A stretch of 55,867 nt of DNA, counting the filler, from Sphacelaria rigidula (Eukaryota), in assembly GCA_964200075.2 (NCBI GenBank). It is 4 parts of 4 records of this genome, joined end to end, with 100 filler letters (N's around TTAATTAATTAA, not from the genome) between each part and the next. Parts side by side here need not be neighbours in the genome. Positions count along the whole stretch, not along the records: positions 13,995 to 27,886 come from CAXNAA020002605.1; positions 27,987 to 41,878 come from CAXNAA020002606.1; 2 more parts are not named here. The stretch is one strand, 5' to 3'. The notes under the pieces are model-generated. The model had not been told where the DNA came from. It did not search any database and worked only from the letters and a program-made list of their open reading frames with translations. The stretch's first letter is position 1. Every line of letters begins with the position of its first letter. Position numbers and translations under genes: made by a program. Shown piece after piece: positions 25,637 through 36,803 of the stretch.

Positions 25637-26760
25637 CTTGTCAGCGCTTGCAAACAAAAATAACGGCAGTTTTGTCCTGTATTGTGTGTACGATATAGCT
25701 GTGCACTACTACAGTGTATGTTGTGGCGGGCATGCAGCCTGTCGCGGGCATGACGTAATTCCAAACTGTGAGTGGGATAGGAATTTTGAATTTTGAATCT
25801 CTGCAGAGCTGTGAAATGAATGGCACAGTCAATGAAACGTCACCATTTACCCTTACTTCTGTGTGGTTGGAAGATGGACTGCGCTGTGATTGTATGTTCG
25901 ACACCGTTGTACAGTGAGAGGCCGTCCCGGTCATGAACGCCGGACTGTTCTTGTCAGCGCTTGCAAACCAAAACAACGGCGGTACGGCGGTACTGTTCTG
26001 TATTATGCAGCCTGTTGCGGGCATGGAGTCATTCCAAACTATGGGTGGGGAATTGTTCCGCATTTTGACTCTAGAACTTTGAAATGAACGACACAGCTTT
26101 TGTCGGCAATTTGCCGTTACAATGTGCCCCGGTGGTGCAATGGTTCAACTGTCGCCATTAGGGTGGAGTAAACGAGGGTTCGATTCCCGATGCGTTGGAT
26201 TTTCTCTTCGTAATATCTTATTTCCACCGTGGAAAGCGTAAGAACGTGAGTAAACAAAGTAGTCGACTGAGTTTGTTTGACGTGAGTTGACGAGATAGGG
26301 GAGTGCTGACCCGATCCGCGAGACCAAAGTGCAAGGCGTGTACCGGGGAGAGATGGGATGATCCCTTGACACCACGGACTCGTCCCGACGAAGGGGAGGG
26401 GGTTTAAAGTGCGACAAAAATGTCCCGTTGCAAGTTCTCGTTATTTCTATGTGGTTGAAACCTTGACACAATAGTCCATGTTGAAAATAATGAGCCAGCG
26501 GTGCTTGTCAGCGCTTGCAAACCAAAATAACGGCAGAACGGTGGTTCTGTCCTGTATTATGCAGCCTGTCGCGGGCATGGTGTCATTCCAAACTATGGGT
26601 GGGATATTCTTCCGCAATTAAATTTAGAGCTTTGAAATGAACGGCACAGCTCTCGTCGGCAATTTGCCGTTACAATTCCCCTGAGCAACTCCCCGTGATA
26701 ATTTCCTGTCAAAGTTTCCCTTTTTTTCTGTGTGGTTGGAAGCTGGACACAAGAGTGTAT
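25637..26760. repeat. Three diverged tandem units of ~260-310 bp; the second is interrupted by a SINE
   Basis: CTTGTCAGCGCTTGCAAAC(C/A)AAAA...ATGCAGCCTGT(C/T)GCGGGCATG...ATTCCAAACT...TGAAATGAA recurs from ~25637, ~25950 and ~26504. Confidence 0.8.
26126..26420 (+). mobile_element. tRNA-derived SINE, family A (copy 2)
   Basis: A box TGGTGCAATGG, B box GGTTCGATTCC; body matches 753-1075. Confidence 0.85.
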
Positions 26761-26896
26761 ATTGAAAAAATTGAGCCAGCGACTAAAGCAGCAGCAGTAA
26801 TGTAGCACGAAAACCTCCGCTGAACCCCATCGAACGGGTATTCAAGGGTGGTATGTGGTATTTCCCCGCGCTGTTGTGTTTTCGCCACACACGCAA

Positions 26897-27398
26897 GAGT
26901 GATGCCGCGATAGCCCCAAGCAAACCACCCCCCAAACTGCCACGAAGCAAACGGTCCTACAGCGCATGATAACTGCTTTCAGACTGCATGAACCACCTTA
27001 TAAGGGCGACATTGGCGAGAATGATCCGGCACTTACAACGGTGATAGCCCTCCCCCAAAACCAGCCGAAAACTGTCGAGAAGAAGATGGTCATACAGCGC
27101 TGATGTTTTGTTTCAGACTGCATGAAGCGCCTCATATAAATGACATGGCAAAAACGAACCCAAGCGTGGGAATTCCCAGCTGCTCGTTGTGCTCGGCTTT
27201 TTGCATTTCGATTAACGTCTAGATTTTGCCTTCCCAAACCAGTCACTCTTGGGGGAGGCTATTGAAGAGAGTGTCATCCCGAGCGTGGGAGTTCCAACGT
27301 GCTCTGTGTGCTCGGCTTTGGTCATTTTGAGTCACTTGCAAATTTTGACTCCTGAAACCGGCCAAAATTCCTGGGAGAGGGCTACGGCGGCATCACTC
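26897..27398. mobile_element. MITE with GAG...CTC termini (Sola-like by inference), host of a nested relative
   Basis: TIR GAGTGATGCCGC / GCGGCATCACTC. Flanks GCAA / GCAC (4-bp TSD with 1 mismatch). Internal sequence homologous to the GAC-ended MITE family. Confidence 0.7.
27028..27275. mobile_element. MITE with 4-bp TSD (copy 3), nested
   Basis: Degenerate TIR GGCACTT...GATAGCCC / GGCTATTGAAGAGAGTGTC. TSD ATCC at 27024-27027 and 27276-27279. Confidence 0.8.
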
Positions 27399-27670
27399 GC
27401 ACGTAAAAATGTCTTGGGGCCTTGAAATGAAGAGACGTGAAAAAAAGCAAGGGTGGGTTGAAAAATGGTACTGGTAGACTCTGGAATATTAGTCAGAGCG
27501 TATTATAAAAACTGAATTTCTGGGAGAGGGCTATGGCGGCACCATTTATGCGTGAAAATATTTGGACCTTGCTGAAATGTGCCGGGTCCTTGCAATGAAG
27601 ACACGTGAAAAAAAATGAGTGTGGATTGAAAAATGGTACTGGTGGACTCTGGAATATTAGTCAGAGCGTG
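27371..27670. repeat. Local tandem duplication (~150-170 bp) including the MITE right end
   Basis: CTGGGAGAGGGCTA...TTGAAAAATGGTACTGGT(A/G)GACTCTGGAATATTAGTCAGAGCGT occurs twice. Confidence 0.8.
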
Positions 27671-27739
27671 GTGTGAAGAAATTCCGAGAAGGATCATTTT
27701 TTACTTGGATTGAGTATGGACTTTCCGTACAGGGTATGT

Positions 27740-27886
27740 ACCATCTTTTTCTCCCTACTGCCTAATGCATCAAACGATTTCATGTCATCTTCGTTCACGC
27801 CCCGCATTTCCTCCTCTAGCACGTCCCATTCCCCCTTGTATAGTTCACATTGTGCCACTATATGACTTCTGCTCTCTACTGCTTTG
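27740..27886 (-). mobile_element. Fragment of poly(C)-tailed LINE ORF (zinc-knuckle region)
   Basis: Reverse complement aligns with 49570-49720 (KAVES...HIVAQCELYKGEWDVLEEEMR). Confidence 0.8.
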
Positions 27887-27986
27887 NNNNNNNNNNNNNN
27901 NNNNNNNNNNNNNNNNNNNNNNNNNNNNNNTTAATTAATTAANNNNNNNNNNNNNNNNNNNNNNNNNNNNNNNNNNNNNNNNNNNN
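27887..27986. other. Artificial scaffold-joining spacer
   Basis: N44-TTAATTAATTAA-N44. Confidence 0.97.
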
Positions 27987-28179
27987 GATTGGGTGCGAGC
28001 CTGGTCAGGCGAAAACCCGGCGTGCTCCGTCCCGGCTTTGTAGGGATGCAAAGTCAATGGTCTGATGACTATGGCATGCATGATCATGAGTACCCTCCCC
28101 CTTACTCCGTCTCGAAAGGGATGCGTGGTCAATGGTCAAACAACTAAGGCAAGCAACAAGTGAATACGCCCCCACCCCG
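27987..28179 (+). mobile_element. Two head-to-tail poly(C)-tailed LINE 3' ends (type B then type A)
   Basis: Type B at 27987-28101 ends ATGAGTACCCTCCCCC. Type A at 28104-28179 ends GAATACGCCCCACCCC. Confidence 0.8.
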
Positions 28180-28623
28180 ATGTCCAGCGTACATACTGCC
28201 GCTCCAACAGTCTAGTACGTGAGATTCAATTAATAATCCCGTATCAAGTCATTCTCTACGAGCCGTGGTAATGAGATGGATGTGCTCAAGCTGAACAAAC
28301 GGACACAGTCACTTCAGCAAACTCGAGAGTAAGGCAAACACGAAAAGGAACGAGAAAACAGACCGGATAACATCACATAACCGCAGACCAACGGAGACCG
28401 GCAGAGTATGCCTTGGTAGCGGTCGCATGGAGCAGCTGATTTGAGAGGTCCCGAACGCGAGTGAAGACATGCGTGACTCTCTTGCCACGTCTCTGGCTTT
28501 CCGTTGACAAAAAATCTGAAGATTTTTCTTCGGGGTATCTTTAGCTGAACCTACTATAGGCCAGTCAACAAACATCCCGATAAAGGACTTGCTGAATGCC
28601 CTGCTGCGCTTTACTGCACCCAC

Positions 28624-28695
28624 CTTCCCCGCCGGAGCGATGTTGAACCTTTCCCTGGTCACCACCCACTGTCGCGATTCAGGCTGAAACGTCAC
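28624..28695 (-). CDS. SBP: Sedoheptulose-1,7-bisphosphatase, internal exon 5 of 5 seen
   Basis: CAG acceptor, GTGGGT donor; VTFQPESRQWVVTRERFNIAPAGK; phase 0/0, in frame with the preceding exon. Confidence 0.8.
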
Positions 28696-29337
28696 CTGCA
28701 TATCGTGTACAGACATCCATCCAACACATGAGACACCACCTTATCTCGGGAGGTCTGCCAAAATGTAGGCCCCACTAACCAATAAGCGTGTCACATACAT
28801 GGGACGCCGGTATTTTCGGCTGCATCCATCTCCACGAATTTCATGGATACCAACCATCCTACAGATGACTTCATCACCTTTTCGCCATTCGACGGGATTT
28901 CCTCCTGATACCTTGGTTACTATCCAGGAGGTTTCGCTGTGTGCTACTGTATGTGTGTTGACCGAAATCTCCACCGCGCAAGCATGGAAAAGAATATATT
29001 GCCAAGCACGTCCACAACGAAGCTAATGAGCATGTGACGAGAAGTCGCACACATTCCTCAACAATTAGGCCAGGCAGCCCGTTCCCTATCTTGCAGAAAC
29101 AAACGTGCTCGAAACCGCGCATATTGTTTGTTGTTCAATACTGCACCCCACGGGAGTGCACCACCATCAACGACACCAACATCAACACGGCTGAAGATCG
29201 TAGCTTATAGTACTTACTCCGCAAGCGGTTGCAAAGTGCGCGTGGCTCGTTTAGAGTGGACACGACGACACGTGAAACTTTGATTCTAGCTTTGATCTTC
29301 ACTGGGAGTGTACTTTCCAAGTATAAAGCGGCTTCAC

Positions 29338-29430
29338 CTCAAGGGCCACCGCAGCGCCTCGGATGGCGACCGCTGATAACGCCACTGCCATAGTTGTTCG
29401 CGGCCCGTATTGCGTCACACAGGACGCCGC
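29338..29430 (-). CDS. SBP: Sedoheptulose-1,7-bisphosphatase, internal exon 4 of 5 seen
   Basis: CAG acceptor, GTGAAG donor; AASCVTQYGPRTTMAVALSAVAIRGAAVALE contains the SBPase YGPRTT motif. Confidence 0.9.
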
Positions 29431-29966
29431 CTGTCCCAAGGGAAACGAAGAGAGATCCAGACAAAGACAGAGACAGGCAGAGGTTGAGGGGAGGAAGAAC
29501 CATCGAAAAAACGTACGGGACACACAACGCATCAAACGATTTGAATATGCATGTATAGAAAGGGGAACAAAAATTATCGAGAGGCGGAAGCAAGGGCACA
29601 CAAGGAATGCAAAATCCAAGCTTGAACGGTAACGGAAACTCAATTCGCAATTAAGGAATACGGAGTTTTACCCAAGAGAATAGGTTGCTGAAGTCATCAA
29701 CCACACACGACGAAGCAGGCCGCACCAAACCAGCGCGAGTCTTGATGGTCGGCTCGCAACTTATCAAGACAACGGTCATCACACGAACGGTCATGTCTCC
29801 ATTTACAAGAGGTTGTTGGAACGTACTTCTTTCTGAGCGCCAATTACGCCAAAACGGCTCGAAGAGGAGCAGATCACGAGCAGCAGCCAGACTTCCTGCT
29901 ATGTCTACGGCAACGAAGCGGCGCCGTTTCATTGACCTTTAACCTTTTATCGTATTGTCATTGTTA

Positions 29967-30290
29967 GGCCCCGCCGTATCGAGACGAAGAAAATGAGGAT
30001 GATCCTACGAGAATGATATCGGGAGAGTGATGATGACAATGACAAACAGCTCACGCGTGGCAACCATTTCACGTTCCCTTTCGCATTTTCATCCTGGTTC
30101 TCATTCTGGTTCTCGTCAGAATTCATCATTTATCAATCGATTTTCAAGCAATTTTCAAGCAATTCTTGTGAATCTGAGGATGAAAATGCGAAACGGAACC
30201 TCAAATGGCTGTCACACGTGGGTTGCTCGTCATTATCATCATCATTAGCACAACAACTTCTCACTTTCTTGTCTCAATAAGACGGGGGTC
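29967..30290. mobile_element. PIF/Harbinger-type (Tourist-like) foldback MITE in an SBP intron
   Basis: TIR GGCCCCGCCGTATCGAGACGAAGAAAATGAG / CTCACTTTCTTGTCTCAATAAGACGGGGGTC. TSD TTA on both sides. Arms complementary over most of the length. Confidence 0.8.
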
Positions 30291-30335
30291 TTAGCTTGTG
30301 CTAGATATTGAGCACACCAAAGGCGTTTCTCGTAC

Positions 30336-30459
30336 CTGTTGTCGCCCTGTTCGACCTAGCAGGGTATCGCCAGGCCAAATGCCAAAAATGGATCCTACCG
30401 CAAAATTGGCGTCGATGATGGACGACCCGTCTAGAGGATCGAATCCCACGGAATACAGG
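30336..30459 (-). CDS. SBP: Sedoheptulose-1,7-bisphosphatase, internal exon 3 of 5 seen
   Basis: CAG acceptor, GTACGA donor; [41 protein letters not shown] has the class I FBPase/SBPase DPLDGSS motif and the SBPase-type IFG(I/V)WPG. Confidence 0.95.
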
Positions 30460-30688
30460 CTGTGTTTGCGGACAGCAACGCAGAGAGGAACACGACGAAG
30501 ATGATAAGGGCGAGAGAGAGAGAGAGCATGGCTTAGGACGCAAGGAACAACAATCAAGTAGGGGTGGTGATGTAGGAGCACTTCAATCACTTCAATGGTT
30601 GGGGGAATCACACGCACGGGAGGAGGAAAAAAAAAAAAACGGAAGGGAATAAAAAAACACCGCGTGTACGGACAGACGTTGAAACGTC

Positions 30689-31563
30689 CAAGGTTGTGTT
30701 CTGTAGGGTACGAGTACGTTTGGTAGGGTATAAGACTTCATATAGAACTTACAGAACTGCTGGGTAGCGGTAAGGAATTCTTACAGGACTTGCAGAACAT
30801 GTCGGGTACGGTATGGAGGTTGTACAGAAACCCTTAACCGTAACTGCTTATTTCTACAAGGTAAACCCGTGCCCCGAGGAAGAGTAAACATCATGTACAG
30901 ATCGTGAAGAACTGTCGGGTACCGGTATGGGAGTCTTATTGAGATTGCAGAACTATCGGGTGCGGGTATGGGAACTCAAAGAACATGTCGTGTACGGGTC
31001 ATAACCGGGTACCTACCTCGGGTATACAAAGAACCGCACCATACAGAACAACACAAACTTGAAATATCGCGAAGTCATGCTTCGATACACTATGGTTTCT
31101 GTGCATAGTTGGGTTTCGATCTGGTTTTGGTCTTTTCTCCTCCAAGGATACCGCTGAGGAAGGTTTAGCAGGGGAAAAAATGAAGGTTATGTTTCGTAGG
31201 GTACGGATATTATCTTTAGGGTACTGTAGGAGATTTCTTACACAACCTAGAGGACCGTCGGGTACCGGTATGGAATTCTTACAGAACATGGAGAACCTGT
31301 CGAGTGCGGGAGAGAAGTTGTGCAGAAACCCTAACCCGCAAACGGGTATTTCTACAAGGGTATACCCGTGCACCGGGTAAGGGTAAACATTATGTGACCT
31401 CACGGATCTATCGGGCACCGGTCTGGGAGTCTTACAGAATGAACTCAATTGTCGGGTACCGGGAAGAGAGGTTAATATAACTCACAGAGCTGTCGTGTAA
31501 GGGTCGTGCCCGGGTAAATATCCCGGGTATACAAAAAATCGTACCCTACGGAACACATCCTTG
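30689..31563. mobile_element. Composite non-autonomous DNA transposon (CAAGG...CCTTG; hAT/P-like): two MITE copies plus spacer
   Basis: TIR CAAGGTTGTGTTCTGTAGGGTACG / CGTACCCTACGGAACACATCCTTG. TSD GAAACGT(C) at 30681 and 31565. Internal degenerate right end at ~31035-31061 and left end at ~31181. GGGTA/ACAGAAC subterminal repeats. Confidence 0.8.
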
Positions 31564-31706
31564 GGAAACGTCGTCGAGGAAGCAGAACGGTCCTGGTAAA
31601 GACTACTATTGCACACAACAGCAGGAGAGAGCAACCTTGCAGGCACAAAAAAAACGCCTGGAACTCAACACGGGGATGCGGAAAGGTATCGTACCAAGAC
31701 CCTCAC

Positions 31707-31780
31707 CTATTTGAAGAGCCTCCCAGGGGAGTCTCTATGGGCTTCTCTTCCGAGGCGGCAACGGCCACCGCCCCACATCT
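31707..31780 (-). CDS. SBP: Sedoheptulose-1,7-bisphosphatase, internal exon 2 of 5 seen
   Basis: TTTTTCAG acceptor, GTGAGG donor; RCGAVAVAASEEKPIETPLGGSSN(S) carries the SEE metal-binding motif; phases 0/2 fit both neighbours. Confidence 0.92.
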
Positions 31781-31949
31781 CTGAAAAATATTATCAACAT
31801 GGAGACAAGCAGAAGGCATAAACACGGATAGCTCAGGGACTCATACATTTGATAACCATCATCGGAGCAATTTAGTGTCGAACCGAGAACGGGCACTCAA
31901 GGGAGGTGGGTTTACCGCAGTTCGTAGCCCAAAATCCATGGCACAATTT

Positions 31950-31997
31950 CCAACCCCAACCCCAACCCTAACCCTGACCCTAGCCCTAACCCCAACC
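31950..31997. repeat. Degenerate interstitial (CCCTAA)n telomere-like repeat
   Basis: CCAACCCCAACCCCAACCCTAACCCTGACCCTAGCCCTAACCCCAACC. Confidence 0.65.
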
Positions 31998-33067
31998 AAG
32001 GCATACCAAGAACCCCGAGCACGGGGGATGTAAAAGGTGCCCTACGCAAAGCGTGCGTTGGAAGACCAAAACTCAGTGCCTACGGCCTCGACTTCGACAA
32101 AAACGTGTTCAGCGCACGCTAGGAGGAAGCACTGGGGACAGTAAGCCTCATTAAATATCCGAATCTCGGTGTTCACACTCGAATCATGCATGTTTCAACC
32201 ATGAACTTGGAAATACGATCTGGAGTACACTCGACTGACTCAAGGAAAGCCGCCCAATAGTTTTGGGAAACCTTCCCGTCGTGTTACTACATTCGGCACC
32301 ATGTGGCCAGAAATCTCGCGTTCTTCGCCGCTGATAGTTGCGCGCTATGTAGCTAGCTGTGTAGGCGCCGTTCGCTCACCCTGACCTCGAACCTCCGTTT
32401 CCAACAACAACAACAACAATTATGGTGCCAAGAGATGTGGTCGGTATCGTAACGACCAAGTCACGGTTTTGAACGAGAAGCACAACAAGCAAGCAAGCAA
32501 CTCTCCTTCCACCAGGTAGAAGCGCTGGGGACATCGAGCAATGCCGGTCGAGATGTGCTCCACGTCGACTTTCGTGAATAAATGCGAGCTGGGCCAGCTT
32601 CGAGCACTTTTTGGCGCTTGATCAGCTTCATACGGCCCGTTTTGAAGAGTTGAAAGCTGAAATTTTGACACAAGATCTTCATCATCTTCGCCTACAAGAA
32701 GCATGCACCAAAAACTATCGGGACCACGGGCGGAAAACTGTCGGAACATGGATTATCTGCTTGATATGTGATATGTGCTCTATATGGGAGGACACGGAGC
32801 TTCGGTTTTACAGCATTACAGTTTTTCGTGGTACTTCAGAGCAGTATATTGGTGAATGCCACAGTACCGTGCTTCTTGCTCCTGTGTACTGCTGTGCCAC
32901 GTGACCATTGCAGCACTGTAAGCCTCGAGATAGAGTCGGGTACACGTATTGGAGATCAGATCTGATATGCATGATATTTTGCCCGATATGCATGATATTT
33001 TGCCAACAATTATTTCAAGCCAGTTTCTCGCACAAGCACTATCATGACTTCGCCGCCCCCCTCCCCC

Positions 33068-33189
33068 ACGAGTCTCGTCCGACGAGAAGCCGGAGTGCTC
33101 CGTCCCGGCTTCGAAGGGACCCAAGGCCAATTGCCATACGACTACGGCGTGCAACTTCATGAGTACCCCCCCCCTTCCCCTCCACCCCC
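33068..33189 (+). mobile_element. Poly(C)-tailed LINE 3' end, type B (diverged)
   Basis: GTGCTCCGTCCCGGCTTCGAAGGGA...ATGAGTAC followed by a C run; also preceded by a C-rich tract at 33051-33067. Confidence 0.7.
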
Positions 33190-33734
33190 ACGGGACTACT
33201 ACTTGAAGTCTGGTTCGTTTTATTACGCCCGTGTGATATCCTCTACTGTAGTAGTGTACAGGGAATATCAATCATGGATGCTCAATGGGTTACTCAATCG
33301 CAACAAAATGACAACGGAGTATCACCAGCCGTTGGGGCGTCATCCGATGAACACGTTCACAGGTGTACTCCGCAACAACAAACCAAGCGAGACCAGTTGG
33401 ATAATGACTGCACTTGCGGCTTACACTATTATACCTTGCAATTCTGAGGGCGATAGCTGACTCATGTTACTAATGCACTCACTGTTTGTTTCACACATTT
33501 TGCCGCGAGCATGCCTTGGAGTCATCGAAGGCACATGATAGCCCAACGGCACAAAGGCAAAAAATATACAGTGTCTTTGCCTCAACCCTGCGTTGCAAAG
33601 GACGACTTCAACCGCATGAGCTCGTTCTGATTCTCTCCAAGGCACGCACCCATGCACGCGGGGCACGTATCGAGTGCATCGCAGAGGATCAGTGCACGTG
33701 TCGTGCCACGTTGGATGCATCGTGTAGCACTCAC

Positions 33735-33837
33735 CTTTAGTTCATCAAATATGATTTTATCGGCCGCCAGGTCCACATCCAGCTGCTCGTCCCCGAACTT
33801 ATTTGCGGTCCCAGCCTTAGATCCTCCATTGGCCGAT
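33735..33837 (-). CDS. SBP: Sedoheptulose-1,7-bisphosphatase, internal exon 1 of 5 seen
   Basis: CAG acceptor with an upstream CTGAC branch-like site, GTGAGT donor; SANGGSKAGTANKFGDEQLDVDLAADKIIFDELK carries the N.FGDEQL.VD motif. Confidence 0.93.
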
Positions 33838-34013
33838 CTGACTCGTACCGCGTAAGTTCCAACGGTGGAAAGAAGGAGTCAGTATCCTTGTCAGTTGGTT
33901 TGGCCGTGCTGCAATATGATACAAAATACGCGGATATTGTGATATCGATCTCGTACTTTGAAGGTCCACAGACAACTCAAATGTGCCATGCCGTACTACT
34001 ATCGCACTGCTCA

Positions 34014-35165
34014 GGCCGCTTCTCATAGACTGAAAATGTCACTGAAAACAGTCGTTTTTGTCAGTTTTCAGATAATTTACTCAGAACGCGACCGTACAGG
34101 GCCATATTTCATGAAAAAAAACTCTCTGGAAACTGAGCCGTTTCCAGACAGCGAGATTTTTCCAAATTTCTTCGAGAAAAGCCGCCAGTTCTCAGAGGCT
34201 TTTCTCTGTCGGGAAAGTGACGTTCCATTACACACTCCTCGCACACCGCACCCGCAGTGGTACAGTCAGTCAGTGCTCTATTGCACACTCATCGCATACA
34301 AGCGTAGTACAGTCAGTGCAAAGTAGCTATGCATGTTGTATGTACAGAACCGTAGCAACAGCATAGCTGCCGCAGCACTCCGTGCATCCTCTTCATGACC
34401 GTAGGACCAGGCACAGACAAACAGTGCTGTGTTTTTTCGCCGGCAGCGTTACTCCCTGTACTGTAAAATACCACGGTGTCGCCCTTGCTGGCTGTATTGA
34501 CTGCTCGTATCGTTTCAAGCTCGTCGTGCCCGCCACCGATTGTGAGCTTTGTAGTATTTATTCTGTGTACTGAGACGGTTGCTACCGCACCACTGATTCG
34601 TCACGTGAGTCTGTTGTGTGCGGCATGGCATAAACCGTACTGCTACGCACTGCACCGCTTGCGACAATACTACCGTACTAAGCGGCGGTCTTCTTAAGTA
34701 AGGGTTGATGTGCCCGTTATTTCGATCCTTATTATACCAGTAGCTACTGTGTGCGTATGTGCATGTGTGTGTTGTGTTGTGTTGCCATACCATATATCCT
34801 GTACGTGGGCGAGATTACGTGTAGTTTACCGCAGGTGGCACAAGCACAAGATGCAAGTGATCACCACTACCACCATCCGCACGCAGGCTACATGATGGCC
34901 TTGGGTGTACGAACCCCTGATTTTTTCCAACGACTATAATTTTTGGTTTCTTCTGCTAGCCTGTGACCACGGAAGGCGTCCGCATAAGGTGCCCAGTACC
35001 AATGTACCGCACAGATATCGGAACGGTTTTTAATGTGAAGACAACAACAACAACAACAACAACTATAAAATCACTCTGGAAACTGCCTTTTCTGAAAAAA
35101 AACACTGAGAAAAGTCGTCCGCCCGAACTTTTTTCAGTGAATGTTTCAGTCTGTAAGAAGCGGCC
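34014..35165. mobile_element. PIF/Harbinger-type non-autonomous element, 1152 bp
   Basis: TIR GGCCGCTTCTCATAGACTGAAAATGTCACTGAAAA / TTTTCAGTGAATGTTTCAGTCTGTAAGAAGCGGCC. TSD TCA at 34011-34013 and 35166-35168. Confidence 0.8.
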
Positions 35166-35537
35166 TCAGTGTAGTGCACTCTGGATAATGTCACACTCAA
35201 CCTGTTCCACCAAAAAACGTACCAGTATGCGTCAGTAAAATTCTTGTTGTCTTGGGGCAACTTCGGCTTATTACAGCTCCAGGCCGATGGTTCACAGCTT
35301 CCGCGGCACTCCTACCAATCTGAGAGTGTGTGTTCATGTATCCACAGTATTCGGCGTGGTGTTTGGGCATCTTTATGGTATGTCATGCAACAGTACTCCA
35401 GGGGTGCTTACTTCGAAGCGATGTTTCCCCACGAAGGTCTTCAGAGACGATTGATGCATCGAAAACATTTTCGGGCAAGAAAAGTCTACTTCAGCTTCAA
35501 CCCTTTACCCACGACCCACGACCCCCACTCCCCCCAC

Positions 35538-35650
35538 TGCCTGGTCCGGCGAAATCCCGGCGTGCTCCGTCCCGGCTTCAGAGGGATGCGAGGTCAATGG
35601 TCTTCCGATATGGCATGCATGATCACAAGTATCCCCCACGCCTCCCTTCC
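35538..35650 (+). mobile_element. Poly(C)-tailed LINE 3' end, type B
   Basis: GCCTGGTCCGGCGAAATCCCGGCGTGCTCCGTCCCGGC...GAGGGATGCGAGGTCAATGGTC; C-rich tracts on both sides. Confidence 0.78.
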
Positions 35651-36756
35651 GCCAGATCACCCGGAATCGCGTATGGCCAATATGGATTCGAACATACTGT
35701 TTTTCAAGTTTTTGAAGCCTGTTCCCGTGAACACATAAAGGATGAACAGTCATGTACAAAATAAGTGCGGAAAAAACATTGAGCCGCATTGAGCCGCATC
35801 GAGCCATGTCACGGGTACGCATGTTTTCACTGTGTCATTCCAATGCGACAGTGTACATGCTTTCATGTTTTGCAAGCTGTGCATGCTGGCAGTCACTACT
35901 GCTGTGAATACGTACGGTAGACAGCATATTATCTGCCTATGCTGCCGCAGTCCCGGTGTTTGGGGGGGCAATCCTGGTATCCCTCAAGCATGCTGTGATG
36001 TTGCACTGCATGCCGCCAAGTCTCAACTGTACTCTACTGTGTGTACTGCTGCTGCACCGTACACGAACATTTCTCACCAGCGGCCTAACCAAACGGTACA
36101 GAATAATCAGTGACATCTTCCACTGCGCGCTGTTTCCATCTCTGCTCAGTGTTGCACAAGTGTTCAGTGTGGAGCTATCCTTTCAGCGACAGAGGGACCA
36201 GGCAGATGGCAAAGACTGCGCACAGAGTGGAAAACACCCCCTTCCTTTTTCTGTATGCTTCGATACTCGAGTGGTCGTTACAGAAACGATAAATGCCACC
36301 TTAATCGCCCAGGGGGTGGTGCTAAGCAATACAAAAGGGGAACATGAGGGCCGTTTCGACCTATCTCAGCTATCAAAATAGTAGTTCCACCCTCTTGCAG
36401 ACCAGCTGTCCGATCTAAACACGCATGGTTGATCTAGGGAGCTTCCTCCGACGACCTGGAAACCCCAGGATCTATCTGGACTGCCAGTTGGGCTAATTGT
36501 TCCGAGGTGAGGCTCGCAGTATGAGCGTTACAGTAACCCCGTCAGCGCCCGCCCGGCAACTGGTTTCCTTTTCCATTTTCGGCGGGGGTTCAGAATAGTT
36601 GTTCGTGGTGGAGAGAATATACCTACAAACCAAAAAACCTTTGCCACACACATGCCCCACGTTACACTTGTGATCTGTGCAAAAAGCAGGGTCATTGACA
36701 CTGCCGTCTCGCGATGTAAAATGCGCCGTACGAAACATATACGATCTAATCCCGCC

Positions 36757-36803
36757 AGTACAGTACAGTACAGTACAGTACAGTACAGTACAGTACAGTA
36801 CAG
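36757..36803. repeat. (CAGTA)n microsatellite
   Basis: Read directly; source of the LYCTV repeats in the ORF track. Confidence 0.92.

Noticed and set aside
29338..29430. MFS transporter transmembrane exon
   Set aside because: Initially looked hydrophobic, but YGPRTT and in-phase neighbouring exons identify it as SBPase.
32931..33245. hAT-like MITE with TAGAG...CTCTA ends
   Set aside because: TIR match is short and no TSD is visible.
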